IMG/VR virus record: IMGVR_UViG_3300019487_000023
Location: 8,850 to 72,849 of that record
DNA from: a virus
Length of the DNA stretch: 64,000 nt
Strand: one strand, 5' to 3'
Both the position numbers and the translations under genes were made by a program. The first letter of the stretch is position 1, and every line of letters starts with the position of its first letter. Positions 27,398 to 37,050 of the stretch are shown here, piece after piece. The notes under the pieces are model-generated. The model saw only the letters and a program-made list of their open reading frames with translations, did no database searches and was not told the origin of the DNA.

Positions 27398-30300
27398 TGT
27401 CTATTGAAATTAGATCATTTAACCAAATCCTTGGTGACATGATTAGAAAAATAATTAGCGAAACCCCTTTGAACGACCTAAATGCTGGGTCTGTTCTCCT
27501 ATCGCTTTTGGAAGCTTGCGCATCTAATGACTTCGAAAATAACACTGCAATCCTTAACGTTCTTGAGCTTCTAAATATTGATGCCGTTAAGAATAATGAC
27601 CTAGATAGTAGAGCTGGCGATTATGGCTTGAGCCGTAATGCTGCAATTAAGGCGTCCGGTCAGGTAAGCATTCTAAACACTAACATCGTCAAGCGTAGTA
27701 CTGGTTTGTATGTTATTAAGCCAGCACCTATTCAAGGTCAAACTACAATTTATGTGAACAACACAACTGGTTGGGCTCCAACCGGCGCATTGTTCATCGG
27801 TCGCGATACTGAATCTTTCGAAGGTCCAATCAACTACACTGCGATCACTCAGTTTCCTACTTACTCTGCAATTACACTTGCGTCCGCTCTTCAGAAGGAT
27901 CACTTGATCTCTGATACTGTTATTGACTCTCAAGGTCAACCAGATCGCGTCATTGCCGCTGGCACTGTTGTTAAGATTCCTGCCAACAATCAGAACCCAG
28001 AAATTAACTACACTACACTTCGTGACGCTGTCATCCCTTCCGGTGAAGATCGCGTAGATGGCGTAGACGTCATTGCGGTGCTTCCTGGTTCTCAGGGCAA
28101 TGCGATGATCAACACGATCACCCAATTTAACACCCTTCCTTTCAGCGGCGCAGCAGTCACAAACACCTCTGCCTTCTCAAACGGTCGCGATGTTGAAACC
28201 GATACTGAGCTTCGCAACAGGATTAAGTCTTATTCGATCACTCTTGCTCGCGGTACTGCCCCAGCGATCCTCTCTGCTGTTATCGGCGTCTCTGACCCAG
28301 ATGAATCTAAGCAGGTAGCCTCTGCAGTTCTCACCGAACCTGTTAAGGTCGGTGACCCATCGATCATGTACATTGACGATGGTAGCGGATTTGAACCTTC
28401 TCAGGCTGGTCAATCCGTTGACTTGATGTTGCCATTTGCTTCTGGAACTGAAGAGTTCTTGCAGCTTGCTAACTACCCAGTTCCACGTCCACAGGTTGTT
28501 AACGTAGTAGAAGGTCCTTTCACTCTTACCGACGGCATGTACCTACGTGTTGTTGTTGACGGCAATGAAGAGACTGTCTTCTTTCAAACCTCTGACTTCT
28601 TGAACATTGCCGCTGCTACTGTAGCTGAAGTAATTGTAGCAATTAACACTCGTTCAACTCTATTTAAAGTTCGTTTCACTGACAACAGCCAACACATGCT
28701 CATGTATCCTGTTGCCTCTGATGCTGAGATTATCCAAGTTTCTCCTCTAAGAAGCTCTGATAATCCTCTCTTCTATGTGAACACAATTTTGAAGTTCCCA
28801 ACAAACGAATTCTCTTACATCTCGCTATATCAAAATAGCACTCGTTTGAAAGAGAAGCCAAAGAATGCATCGTTGGAGACTTCTCCGTTTGCATCTTGGA
28901 ACGTCACCGTTGCAAGCAATATCATCATCGCTGTAGACAATACTCCTGCTCAGGATCGCCCTTTCGCTATTACTGATTTCCCAGGAGCATCATCGTTTGC
29001 AGCTCTAAGTCTTGACGACTGGGTGACTGCATTCAATCAGAAGTTTGCTGGTCTTACCGCTACTGCCACCCCAAGTCAGACGATGAAGATTACCTCCAAC
29101 AAGGTTGGAACCGAATCTGCTATCAATGTCACTGGCGGTTCGCTACTCAATAAGTGGTTCCCTAACCTTCCATTGACCTCTGTAGGTCAAACTGCTCAGT
29201 TCGAATTGAACAGACAGACTGGTAACCTACGTATCCTAAGTGATATCCTCCCAGGAGATGCAATCTCCGCTGGTGTTGAGGACGCAAAGGGTTTCTCTAT
29301 CTCTAGCGAAACTACCTCTGGCACATACAACGTCTCGAATGATGGCTTCGGTCGTCCTGCTGAGATGGTTGTTGTTGTGGATTCGACATATTGCGATCAA
29401 CGTGCAGTACCACTCTTGATTGGTTCAACAATCACTATCTCTGACGAAGGCAGCAGCGTAATGCGCATCTTGTCTTCTGCTCCAGATACCTTCACCGGTC
29501 TATTGCCTGGTGACTTCATCTACATGGTCTCAAGAACCTCAGGATGGTTGTCTGCTGGTAACACTGGTTTATATAAGATTATTCGCAAGGGTCCTCACCT
29601 AACTGCAAACGTAGATACCTATGTTGAAGTTTTGAATGACTCGATCGTTGCTCCAGAAACAGTATCTGTTGCTGACTCTCAAGACATTAAAGCATTTACC
29701 ACTGATGTCTATCCTCAAATCTGGAGAGGTTCATACGTTACAAACCCACCAGCAGAACCGCTATCTGGTATCGTCACATCTTTGAATCGTGACCTTGCAG
29801 GCGTTAAGGCATCAGTCTTTAAATCTAAAGCTATTAAACTTACTTCTGCAACTGAAACTAACGGCAGCATTGCTATCCCAGTTTCTATCGGTCTTGCAAG
29901 TGTATTATTCGCAGAAACAACTTCTGCTCAACTTGGAAACCCAAGTCACATCGCGCACAGAATCTCTGACAAGAGCTTGTTGGCATTCTTCCGCAGGACA
30001 GTGCCAACTGCTACAAACGTATTCCTAGGTCGCCATACTTATGTTGACGTCAAGGGCCCATTACTATCTAACGGTACTCGCGATGTTCCTCCGTTCTCTG
30101 CAACCTACTCTGATCAGGTTGAAGTGGGCAGCACGATTGCCAATCAATTGAGTTACGATGACATCCTATCGTTAACGCATGGAAATAATAAGGATCAGTT
30201 TAGAAGCATTAAGGCTATCATCACCGGCGACACCATTGGAACACAGCAAGGCGTTGCTCGTACTGAATTCGACCACATTGCTGGCGATCAGTTCGAGATC

Positions 30301-33300
30301 ATGCGTCCATTGCAGTTCTCTACCGATGACAGTATGGTTGTTGTCATGGATGGACAACCAACTACTAAGACTGTCGATATTAAGTTATCTCGTATTGGTT
30401 TGATTAACTCTGGTTCTGGCGGTGGAACATTCATTCCAACCACAACTGAATTCTCTGCTAATGACTACGACAATGAGCCAGGTATTGACTTCAGTAATGT
30501 GACTGTTTGGGGAACCACTGTCAACAATACTGACTTCAGTGACTATGCAGTTTGGATGCGTTCACGCAACTGGTACTCAACTGACGGCGTAGCAGGAATC
30601 GCGGGCAAGATGATTGTTCGTGCAGTTCAGTATGGTCCAAACGGCGACAAGCTTCGCTTTGCAATCATTCATCCTCAGACTCCAAACCAGAGTCCAACGA
30701 CCACGTTCATCAACACTCCTTCTTACAGTACGATTTCATACGTGTTCGGATCTGGAGCTGCTCGCCCAATTGCTCTAACAGCCGGCGACACGATGGCAGT
30801 CGATGGTCCATATCCTGATGACTCTACAAATTTCCCAGCAGGTGCTTCAAGCACTGGTGAATACTATGACTACACCTTCTCTGCTGGTAACTTTGCGCCA
30901 GTAGTTGTTGGCGATGTTATCAGTATTGCAACAATCTCAGGAATTAGCTCTGGTAACAGAGGTCAATTCAGGGTCGCAAACGTAAGTGGTAATACAGTTC
31001 GTGTGTTCAACCCTAATGGATCAACAACTCTTGCTCCAGTGGCCGAATCTACGCCTATCACCGTTACAGGTGAAACCCTTGGTTCCCAGACTGCCTACAA
31101 CGTAACCACTGTTGCAGACGTCGCTGGATCATTGCATCAAACTTACTTCATCATCTACGATACCGCCGGCTCTGTGGCTGTTTGGTTTGACGTTGGAAAC
31201 GTTAATCCAGTGCCACCAGCTCACGGTGCTGCTCGTGCTATTCGCGTCGCTACAATCATTGCTAACGACTCTGCAAACACTGTTGCAAGCAAGATCCAAA
31301 CGTACTTGAACAACGATCCTGCATTTACTGCGTCAGTGGGCGGCAACACTGTCACGATCACTAATAAGCAAGAAGGCATCACTGGCGCTTCTTCTGCAGG
31401 TACTTCTGGTTTCGTCACTGCAGACATCTTCGGCACAAATCCTGTTACACTTGCAGGAAAGTACTTCATCATTTATGATGACAATGGCTCTGTGGCTGTT
31501 TGGTTTGATCCAGGCAGCGAAGGCAACCCTGAACCTTTCCACGGCGCTCAGCGTTCTATTAAGGTTGATGGATATGCTCCAGGCTCTAACGCCAATACTG
31601 TGGCTTCTGCAGTAGTTGCTGCTGTTAATCCAGATACTAAATTCAATGCTTCTGCTCTTGGCGCTGTTGTCACTGTTGTAAATAGCTTCTTCGGAAATGT
31701 CCCAGATGCAACCCCAGGTAACTCTAGTTTCACAATCGGTGTTATTACACCTGGTTCACTAGGAAGCGCAGAGTTGATCACCAATGCTGGTGGCATCAAC
31801 CTATTCCCACTCACTGGTACTGATGTCACAACCATCACTGCAACCATTAACGACAGCGATGTTCTAGTAGCTGCTGCCGTTGGCAACCCAGCTCTGTTAA
31901 TTGAAAAAGCCACAGTAGAAGAAGACTATGCTTATAGCGGTAACTCTAGTGCACTTGGATACGGACACAATCCTACAGATCCTGCCCTAAGGTCGTTCAT
32001 TGGCTTGTATGATGGTGTCAACTGGGTGAAGACATTCCAGAATGCAAACCCAAATTTCACGATGAAGACTGCCTTCATCTTGAACAACGTTGCTCCTTCT
32101 GTTTATCAGATGGATACTACACCAAATCCAAACACTGCGGATCTTGGTGAATTCTTCAAGTTGATCCCAACCACTGTTAAGAATTTCCATCATCACTTGA
32201 CTCAGAAGGCTCTATCGCAGCTTCCGATCGTCTCTGACATTGACATCTCTAATAACAGGAGAAACGTGCAGATCAAGTCTAAGCAACTTGGTTCTAACGG
32301 CGTTGTTGAAATCATCGGTGGACAAGCTAACAAGGCTAAAGCCTACATCTTAAGTGAATCTGAAGTTGCCAATGACAGCAGCGGAAATTATCTACAAGTA
32401 AGTGTTCCTGCGTTCCCAGATACTTTCAACTCTGGCGACGTTATTAAGATTGAAAACGACGCAGGCGTTAAGCGCTTCTCTCGTTTGATTAGCTCGGACA
32501 CAATCGACGTTACAAACCCTTCTGCTGGTATCATCGAATACAACTATAATCCTAAGAGCATCAACGTAAACTCTGGCACATTGATCACAATCACTGATGT
32601 TTCTGGTACATATGGTCGCCCAGCAGGATATGTGTGGCGTTGGACCCACAATGGTGGCGGTCCATCGTTAGCTCAAGTTCGCACAGGCGATCTACTAGCG
32701 TTCACTGGAACCCCATCGGGATGGGATCAGGGTAACAAGGCACGTATCGGTGGCGACGGTAGAGTGAGCGGTCTAACAATTGTTGCTGTCAACGACGGTG
32801 CAAACTGGGTGGATGTCATCAACCCATATGGTCGTGCAATGAGTTCCACTGCTATTAGCACGGGATCTCTTCAGATCTTCCCAACACCTATTAACAAATG
32901 GAACCTAAATCACGCTGCTCGTGCTAAGGTCTCATCGATGTCTCGTGTAACAAATGTTATTACAATCACCACGTTTGGCGCGCATATGCTAAATACCGGT
33001 GACAGTATTGATGTGATTGACTCTGATAACCTAATAGACGGCATTTACGGACCAGTGACGGTCTTGAATGCAAGTCAGTTCACGTTCGCTAGCGTTGGTT
33101 CAAACTTTAGCGAAGGCGCAGTTAATGCTTCGATCCTAAATATCGGAAACACTCAGACTCGTTACAAGATCGAGAAGCTTGGATTCAACAGTCTCACTCG
33201 CATTAGCAGAGTAGATGGCCAAAGTCCAAGGTTCTTGGATTGCGGTGTTGCCGTTGATGACTATTTCATCATCACAGGATCAACCTTTAAGTCTAATAAC

Positions 33301-34488
33301 AACGGTAGGTTCCGTGTCATCGCCGTTGACAATGACTCTGTCATTTACCTCAACGACACTGCTTCGGACGAGATGAACACGATTGTTCCTTTCAACAACA
33401 AAACCCTTGTTGCTGATTGGGTTTCTAACTCCCCAATTGTTACTGGCGTTGCTGGAACATTCAAGAACTTGAACGTTGGTGATTGGGTTAAGAAGGCTGA
33501 AGATCCTGAAACCTACTATCGTCAAATCCTATCGATGAACGCAGCTCCTGCATCTGCAACCTCTATCACTCTTGGTGGTAACTATGGTGGCAGTACTGCT
33601 TCTGCAGCTGGTGTTTTTTACGATCAATTGAATAATGCCGATGAAGGCGTTGTTCTGCAGGATATTGAGGATCTTCAAGTACTAGAAGGCGACGCATCGA
33701 CCGTTGGTGATTCACTATTCGTTCAAAACATCATCAACAGTAACTGGTTCAGTGTGAATAACATTGGAACATTTGGAGTTACCGAAGTTGGAACTAACCC
33801 AACTACACAGAAGCCATTCATCAGAATCAATAATTCTAATGGCGTAGCTGAAACCAATCGCTTGATGTCGATCAACCCAGCAGGCTTCTATCTAATTGAA
33901 GGTCTAACTTATAAGTTCTACTCTATTAGACAAGTTTCGCATATTGTCCTAGATGACCTAAATCAAGATCGTCGTTCGATCTATATTACTCCTTCGAACC
34001 GTTCTTATAAGTTCTCAAGTGCTAACACTACAAGTGTTTCACACATGGGTAAACTTGGGTACAATACTGACGTAACAACTGGTATCGACGGTTACTTGTA
34101 CTACACAGGCTTGCTACGCAGAGTACAACGCATCGTTGACGGATATGAGCCAGATGCTGACAACTTCCCAGGAAGAAGAGCTGTTGGTGGTGCTATCGAG
34201 ATCTTGCCTCCGCTTATTAAGCGTATCAACATCTCTATCAACGTTACAACCGATGAAGGTATTAACCTTGGTGACATCTCTAACATCATCAAGTCTGTCA
34301 TCATCCAATACGTTCAAGGTTTGGGCGTAGGTGAAGACGTCATCTTGTCAGAGATCATTGCTAACGTTATGCAGGTGAAGGGTGTTGCTGCTGTGACATT
34401 CACTAACCCAGTACCAAGCACTGAACGTATCGTCATCGCCGACAACGAGAAGGCTACAATCGTTCCTGAGAATATCGGAATCGCTTAA
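27397..34488 (+). CDS. Very large baseplate J-like wedge protein (2,363 aa)
   Basis: J-like N-terminus (LNAGSVLLSLLEA...GRDVETDTELRNRI) and C-terminus (GLGVGEDVILSEIIANVMQVKGV) around a large Ser/Thr/Gly beta insert. Confidence 0.85.
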   Translation: MSIEIRSFNQILGDMIRKIISETPLNDLNAGSVLLSLLEACASNDFENNTAILNVLELLNIDAVKNNDLDSRAGDYGLSRNAAIKASGQVSILNTNIVKRSTGLYVIKPAPIQGQTTIYVNNTTGWAPTGALFIGRDTESFEGPINYTAITQFPTYSAITLASALQKDHLISDTVIDSQGQPDRVIAAGTVVKIPANNQNPEINYTTLRDAVIPSGEDRVDGVDVIAVLPGSQGNAMINTITQFNTLPFSGAAVTNTSAFSNGRDVETDTELRNRIKSYSITLARGTAPAILSAVIGVSDPDESKQVASAVLTEPVKVGDPSIMYIDDGSGFEPSQAGQSVDLMLPFASGTEEFLQLANYPVPRPQVVNVVEGPFTLTDGMYLRVVVDGNEETVFFQTSDFLNIAAATVAEVIVAINTRSTLFKVRFTDNSQHMLMYPVASDAEIIQVSPLRSSDNPLFYVNTILKFPTNEFSYISLYQNSTRLKEKPKNASLETSPFASWNVTVASNIIIAVDNTPAQDRPFAITDFPGASSFAALSLDDWVTAFNQKFAGLTATATPSQTMKITSNKVGTESAINVTGGSLLNKWFPNLPLTSVGQTAQFELNRQTGNLRILSDILPGDAISAGVEDAKGFSISSETTSGTYNVSNDGFGRPAEMVVVVDSTYCDQRAVPLLIGSTITISDEGSSVMRILSSAPDTFTGLLPGDFIYMVSRTSGWLSAGNTGLYKIIRKGPHLTANVDTYVEVLNDSIVAPETVSVADSQDIKAFTTDVYPQIWRGSYVTNPPAEPLSGIVTSLNRDLAGVKASVFKSKAIKLTSATETNGSIAIPVSIGLASVLFAETTSAQLGNPSHIAHRISDKSLLAFFRRTVPTATNVFLGRHTYVDVKGPLLSNGTRDVPPFSATYSDQVEVGSTIANQLSYDDILSLTHGNNKDQFRSIKAIITGDTIGTQQGVARTEFDHIAGDQFEIMRPLQFSTDDSMVVVMDGQPTTKTVDIKLSRIGLINSGSGGGTFIPTTTEFSANDYDNEPGIDFSNVTVWGTTVNNTDFSDYAVWMRSRNWYSTDGVAGIAGKMIVRAVQYGPNGDKLRFAIIHPQTPNQSPTTTFINTPSYSTISYVFGSGAARPIALTAGDTMAVDGPYPDDSTNFPAGASSTGEYYDYTFSAGNFAPVVVGDVISIATISGISSGNRGQFRVANVSGNTVRVFNPNGSTTLAPVAESTPITVTGETLGSQTAYNVTTVADVAGSLHQTYFIIYDTAGSVAVWFDVGNVNPVPPAHGAARAIRVATIIANDSANTVASKIQTYLNNDPAFTASVGGNTVTITNKQEGITGASSAGTSGFVTADIFGTNPVTLAGKYFIIYDDNGSVAVWFDPGSEGNPEPFHGAQRSIKVDGYAPGSNANTVASAVVAAVNPDTKFNASALGAVVTVVNSFFGNVPDATPGNSSFTIGVITPGSLGSAELITNAGGINLFPLTGTDVTTITATINDSDVLVAAAVGNPALLIEKATVEEDYAYSGNSSALGYGHNPTDPALRSFIGLYDGVNWVKTFQNANPNFTMKTAFILNNVAPSVYQMDTTPNPNTADLGEFFKLIPTTVKNFHHHLTQKALSQLPIVSDIDISNNRRNVQIKSKQLGSNGVVEIIGGQANKAKAYILSESEVANDSSGNYLQVSVPAFPDTFNSGDVIKIENDAGVKRFSRLISSDTIDVTNPSAGIIEYNYNPKSINVNSGTLITITDVSGTYGRPAGYVWRWTHNGGGPSLAQVRTGDLLAFTGTPSGWDQGNKARIGGDGRVSGLTIVAVNDGANWVDVINPYGRAMSSTAISTGSLQIFPTPINKWNLNHAARAKVSSMSRVTNVITITTFGAHMLNTGDSIDVIDSDNLIDGIYGPVTVLNASQFTFASVGSNFSEGAVNASILNIGNTQTRYKIEKLGFNSLTRISRVDGQSPRFLDCGVAVDDYFIITGSTFKSNNNGRFRVIAVDNDSVIYLNDTASDEMNTIVPFNNKTLVADWVSNSPIVTGVAGTFKNLNVGDWVKKAEDPETYYRQILSMNAAPASATSITLGGNYGGSTASAAGVFYDQLNNADEGVVLQDIEDLQVLEGDASTVGDSLFVQNIINSNWFSVNNIGTFGVTEVGTNPTTQKPFIRINNSNGVAETNRLMSINPAGFYLIEGLTYKFYSIRQVSHIVLDDLNQDRRSIYITPSNRSYKFSSANTTSVSHMGKLGYNTDVTTGIDGYLYYTGLLRRVQRIVDGYEPDADNFPGRRAVGGAIEILPPLIKRINISINVTTDEGINLGDISNIIKSVIIQYVQGLGVGEDVILSEIIANVMQVKGVAAVTFTNPVPSTERIVIADNEKATIVPENIGIA

Positions 34489-37004
34489 TGGCTACTAATA
34501 AGACAGCTGTTGATAGAATTCATGACTTGCTTCCTAAGCATCTCAATACCCGCACCAACATCAACTGGAAGGGTATCATTGACGCTATTGGTTCACAAGA
34601 TCAACTTACATCTGACTTAGTGAGTGATGTTCGCAAGCAATTCTTTGTTAAGACAGCATCGCGTCCGTACATTGACAGGTTAGCTGCCAACAACAGGATT
34701 AGCCGTCCTCGTTTGGTTGGTATGGATGATACATCATTTCGCGAATATATCCCGGTTCTTTCTTATAGTCCTAAGCAAGTGAAGCTCATCATCGATGAAC
34801 TTCTCGACATCTTCTTTTTTAAGGAAAGCACGACCGCTTACATGACTACTACTGTTTCTGCCCCATTTGCTTTGCAAGATGGGTGGGAACTAGAATACAT
34901 AGTTGACGAGAACGAATCTGAGCGCATTGAGTTCAATACTGCTGACTTCGTCAATATTGCTGCTGCAACGGCCAACGAAGTAGTGAGCGCCATCAATAGA
35001 CAGGCTACCAAGAGCTATGCTACTGCCTTTTACGACAGCGTTAGCAAGAACACCTATATTAGGTTGTTCACTAAAACTGTTGGTTCTAAGGGATCTTTGA
35101 GGATCACAGGTGGAAGAGCAGATATTGCGCTTCGCTTTAACGGTTTCATTGCTACTGCTGGAAATGGTAACAACACTCAGTGGAGCGTTACAAAGATCGG
35201 TGATGAAGTCACCATGCAACATATTGCTGGCGTGTCTCCTGGCATTGACCAATTACAGACTGGCGATATCATCATCAGCAATCTAACAAACAACATTGGA
35301 TCGTTTGTACTCACTGAAGTCAACCTCTCTGACTCATTAATCAAGTTTAAGAACCTATTTGGAACTCCAGGTACGTTCACCCAAACCAGCAGCGATGATG
35401 TTAAGTTCGTTCGCGCTAGTAAGATTGTGGCCTATACAAATCCAAGACGTGCTATGACCTGGGAAACTTCTCCAGGCGAAATCGTCGTTGAGATGCCAAC
35501 ATCTCCCCCTGTCGTGAAGCGTTCTTTGCAGGGTTCCTATCACATCAACGGTCCCGTTGGTGTTATGACAAGTCGCGATAGCGATACATCCCTAACACTT
35601 GTAGGCGCAAGTACGTTCCCAAACTCAGGAACCTTCTATCTTGAAGAGCAGACTGAAATTCAGACTCGCATCAAGACCAGTACCGAAAACACTGTCATCA
35701 CTAGACAGCAGGGCGGAAGAATTCAATACCCAATTCAAAAGTATGAATTCACTAGTCGCACAATCCTTACTACCACAGGTGACATTGTTGCAGGACAAAG
35801 CCAGATTATCAACCTAGCTTCAACGATTGGCCTAGCAATTGGACAAAGCATTGAGATGGATGGTGTACCTTTGTATGCCACAATTACAAACGTAGCAGGC
35901 CCTGTGGTGACTATGTCGTTTCCAGCGACAAAAACCGCTAACGGAGAAGCAGTTTCGTTTTTAGGCAATCAGCTCACGGGCATCACACCTCCGCTTCCTG
36001 CGGTATCAAGCCTAAACGAGTTTAGCTTATCGTCTCTATCAAGAGCTTCAAATCTTATTGTTACTGGCGTAACTAGTGCCCCTCATGGATTCTTAGAGGG
36101 TGAAACAGTAGTTATCTCAGACAATAGTGGCATCCTAGTGTTTACAACTACAGGAAATACGGCTATTGGCAGCAATCAACTTACTGCTTTGGCCGGTGTT
36201 TCTGGAATTGGTTCTGGTCAACTCATCGACATGAGCGGTGTTCCGGCTGGAACAACTGTTCTATCGATCTTGGGCAATACTGTTACGATGTCTGCAAATG
36301 CTACCGCTGCTAACACAGGTGCATCAGTTACTTTTAATGAAAATCTAAATGTTTCTGCTGCACTAACGAGTGCATCAGGTTCTACTTTTACATTCAATCT
36401 AATCGGTGCAGACGGTTCCACCACGACTCCTGGAGGTGCTCGCGTTGAGCGCATCGGTATGTCAAACTCTGGCTCTAAGGTCATCCTTTCGGACGCTATC
36501 AGCAGAGATCAGTCCCGTATCACGGGGGCGTACGTTTGGGACTTAGCTGCTCCATTCGTTTTGTCGTCTTTGAAGGCCGATATTCAGGACGAAATTAAGG
36601 CCGGTACCATCGTTAGGTTGCTCAATACGTCGGCTAGCGATATCCCTGCAGAGGGCGGTTTTGTTATCTTTGACTATGGTCTAAATACCCAAGAAGGTCC
36701 AGTAAGGTATCTTTATAAGCCTACCGCTACCACTATTGCTATCGACCCATCGTATACGTTCCAAAAGAACCATGACATTGGGAGCGCCGTCGTGTCTATT
36801 AGATCTAAAGGCCCTCATCTTATGAGCACTGTGGGTTCCGAGTACCCACCTTATATCACCGACCCTTCACAGGCTAGGTTCATTCTGCAGGATTTGATTA
36901 GGTCAGTTAAGTCCGCTGGTATCTTTGTCAACTTCTTGATTAGGTATCCTGAGCAGCTTTATGCTACCCTTGATGTCTATAGTAGTGGCGTTGATCCAGG
37001 TTAA
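34488..37004 (+). CDS. Baseplate wedge protein (gpI-like N-terminus, 838 aa)
   Basis: Coupled to the J-like gene; FVKTASRPYIDRLAANN; C-terminal LIRSVKSAGIFVNF. Confidence 0.7.
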   Translation: MATNKTAVDRIHDLLPKHLNTRTNINWKGIIDAIGSQDQLTSDLVSDVRKQFFVKTASRPYIDRLAANNRISRPRLVGMDDTSFREYIPVLSYSPKQVKLIIDELLDIFFFKESTTAYMTTTVSAPFALQDGWELEYIVDENESERIEFNTADFVNIAAATANEVVSAINRQATKSYATAFYDSVSKNTYIRLFTKTVGSKGSLRITGGRADIALRFNGFIATAGNGNNTQWSVTKIGDEVTMQHIAGVSPGIDQLQTGDIIISNLTNNIGSFVLTEVNLSDSLIKFKNLFGTPGTFTQTSSDDVKFVRASKIVAYTNPRRAMTWETSPGEIVVEMPTSPPVVKRSLQGSYHINGPVGVMTSRDSDTSLTLVGASTFPNSGTFYLEEQTEIQTRIKTSTENTVITRQQGGRIQYPIQKYEFTSRTILTTTGDIVAGQSQIINLASTIGLAIGQSIEMDGVPLYATITNVAGPVVTMSFPATKTANGEAVSFLGNQLTGITPPLPAVSSLNEFSLSSLSRASNLIVTGVTSAPHGFLEGETVVISDNSGILVFTTTGNTAIGSNQLTALAGVSGIGSGQLIDMSGVPAGTTVLSILGNTVTMSANATAANTGASVTFNENLNVSAALTSASGSTFTFNLIGADGSTTTPGGARVERIGMSNSGSKVILSDAISRDQSRITGAYVWDLAAPFVLSSLKADIQDEIKAGTIVRLLNTSASDIPAEGGFVIFDYGLNTQEGPVRYLYKPTATTIAIDPSYTFQKNHDIGSAVVSIRSKGPHLMSTVGSEYPPYITDPSQARFILQDLIRSVKSAGIFVNFLIRYPEQLYATLDVYSSGVDPG

Positions 37005-37050
37005 GCTAATGCAGTTCATAGTATAATGTTTAAGTTATAGGAGATTTCCC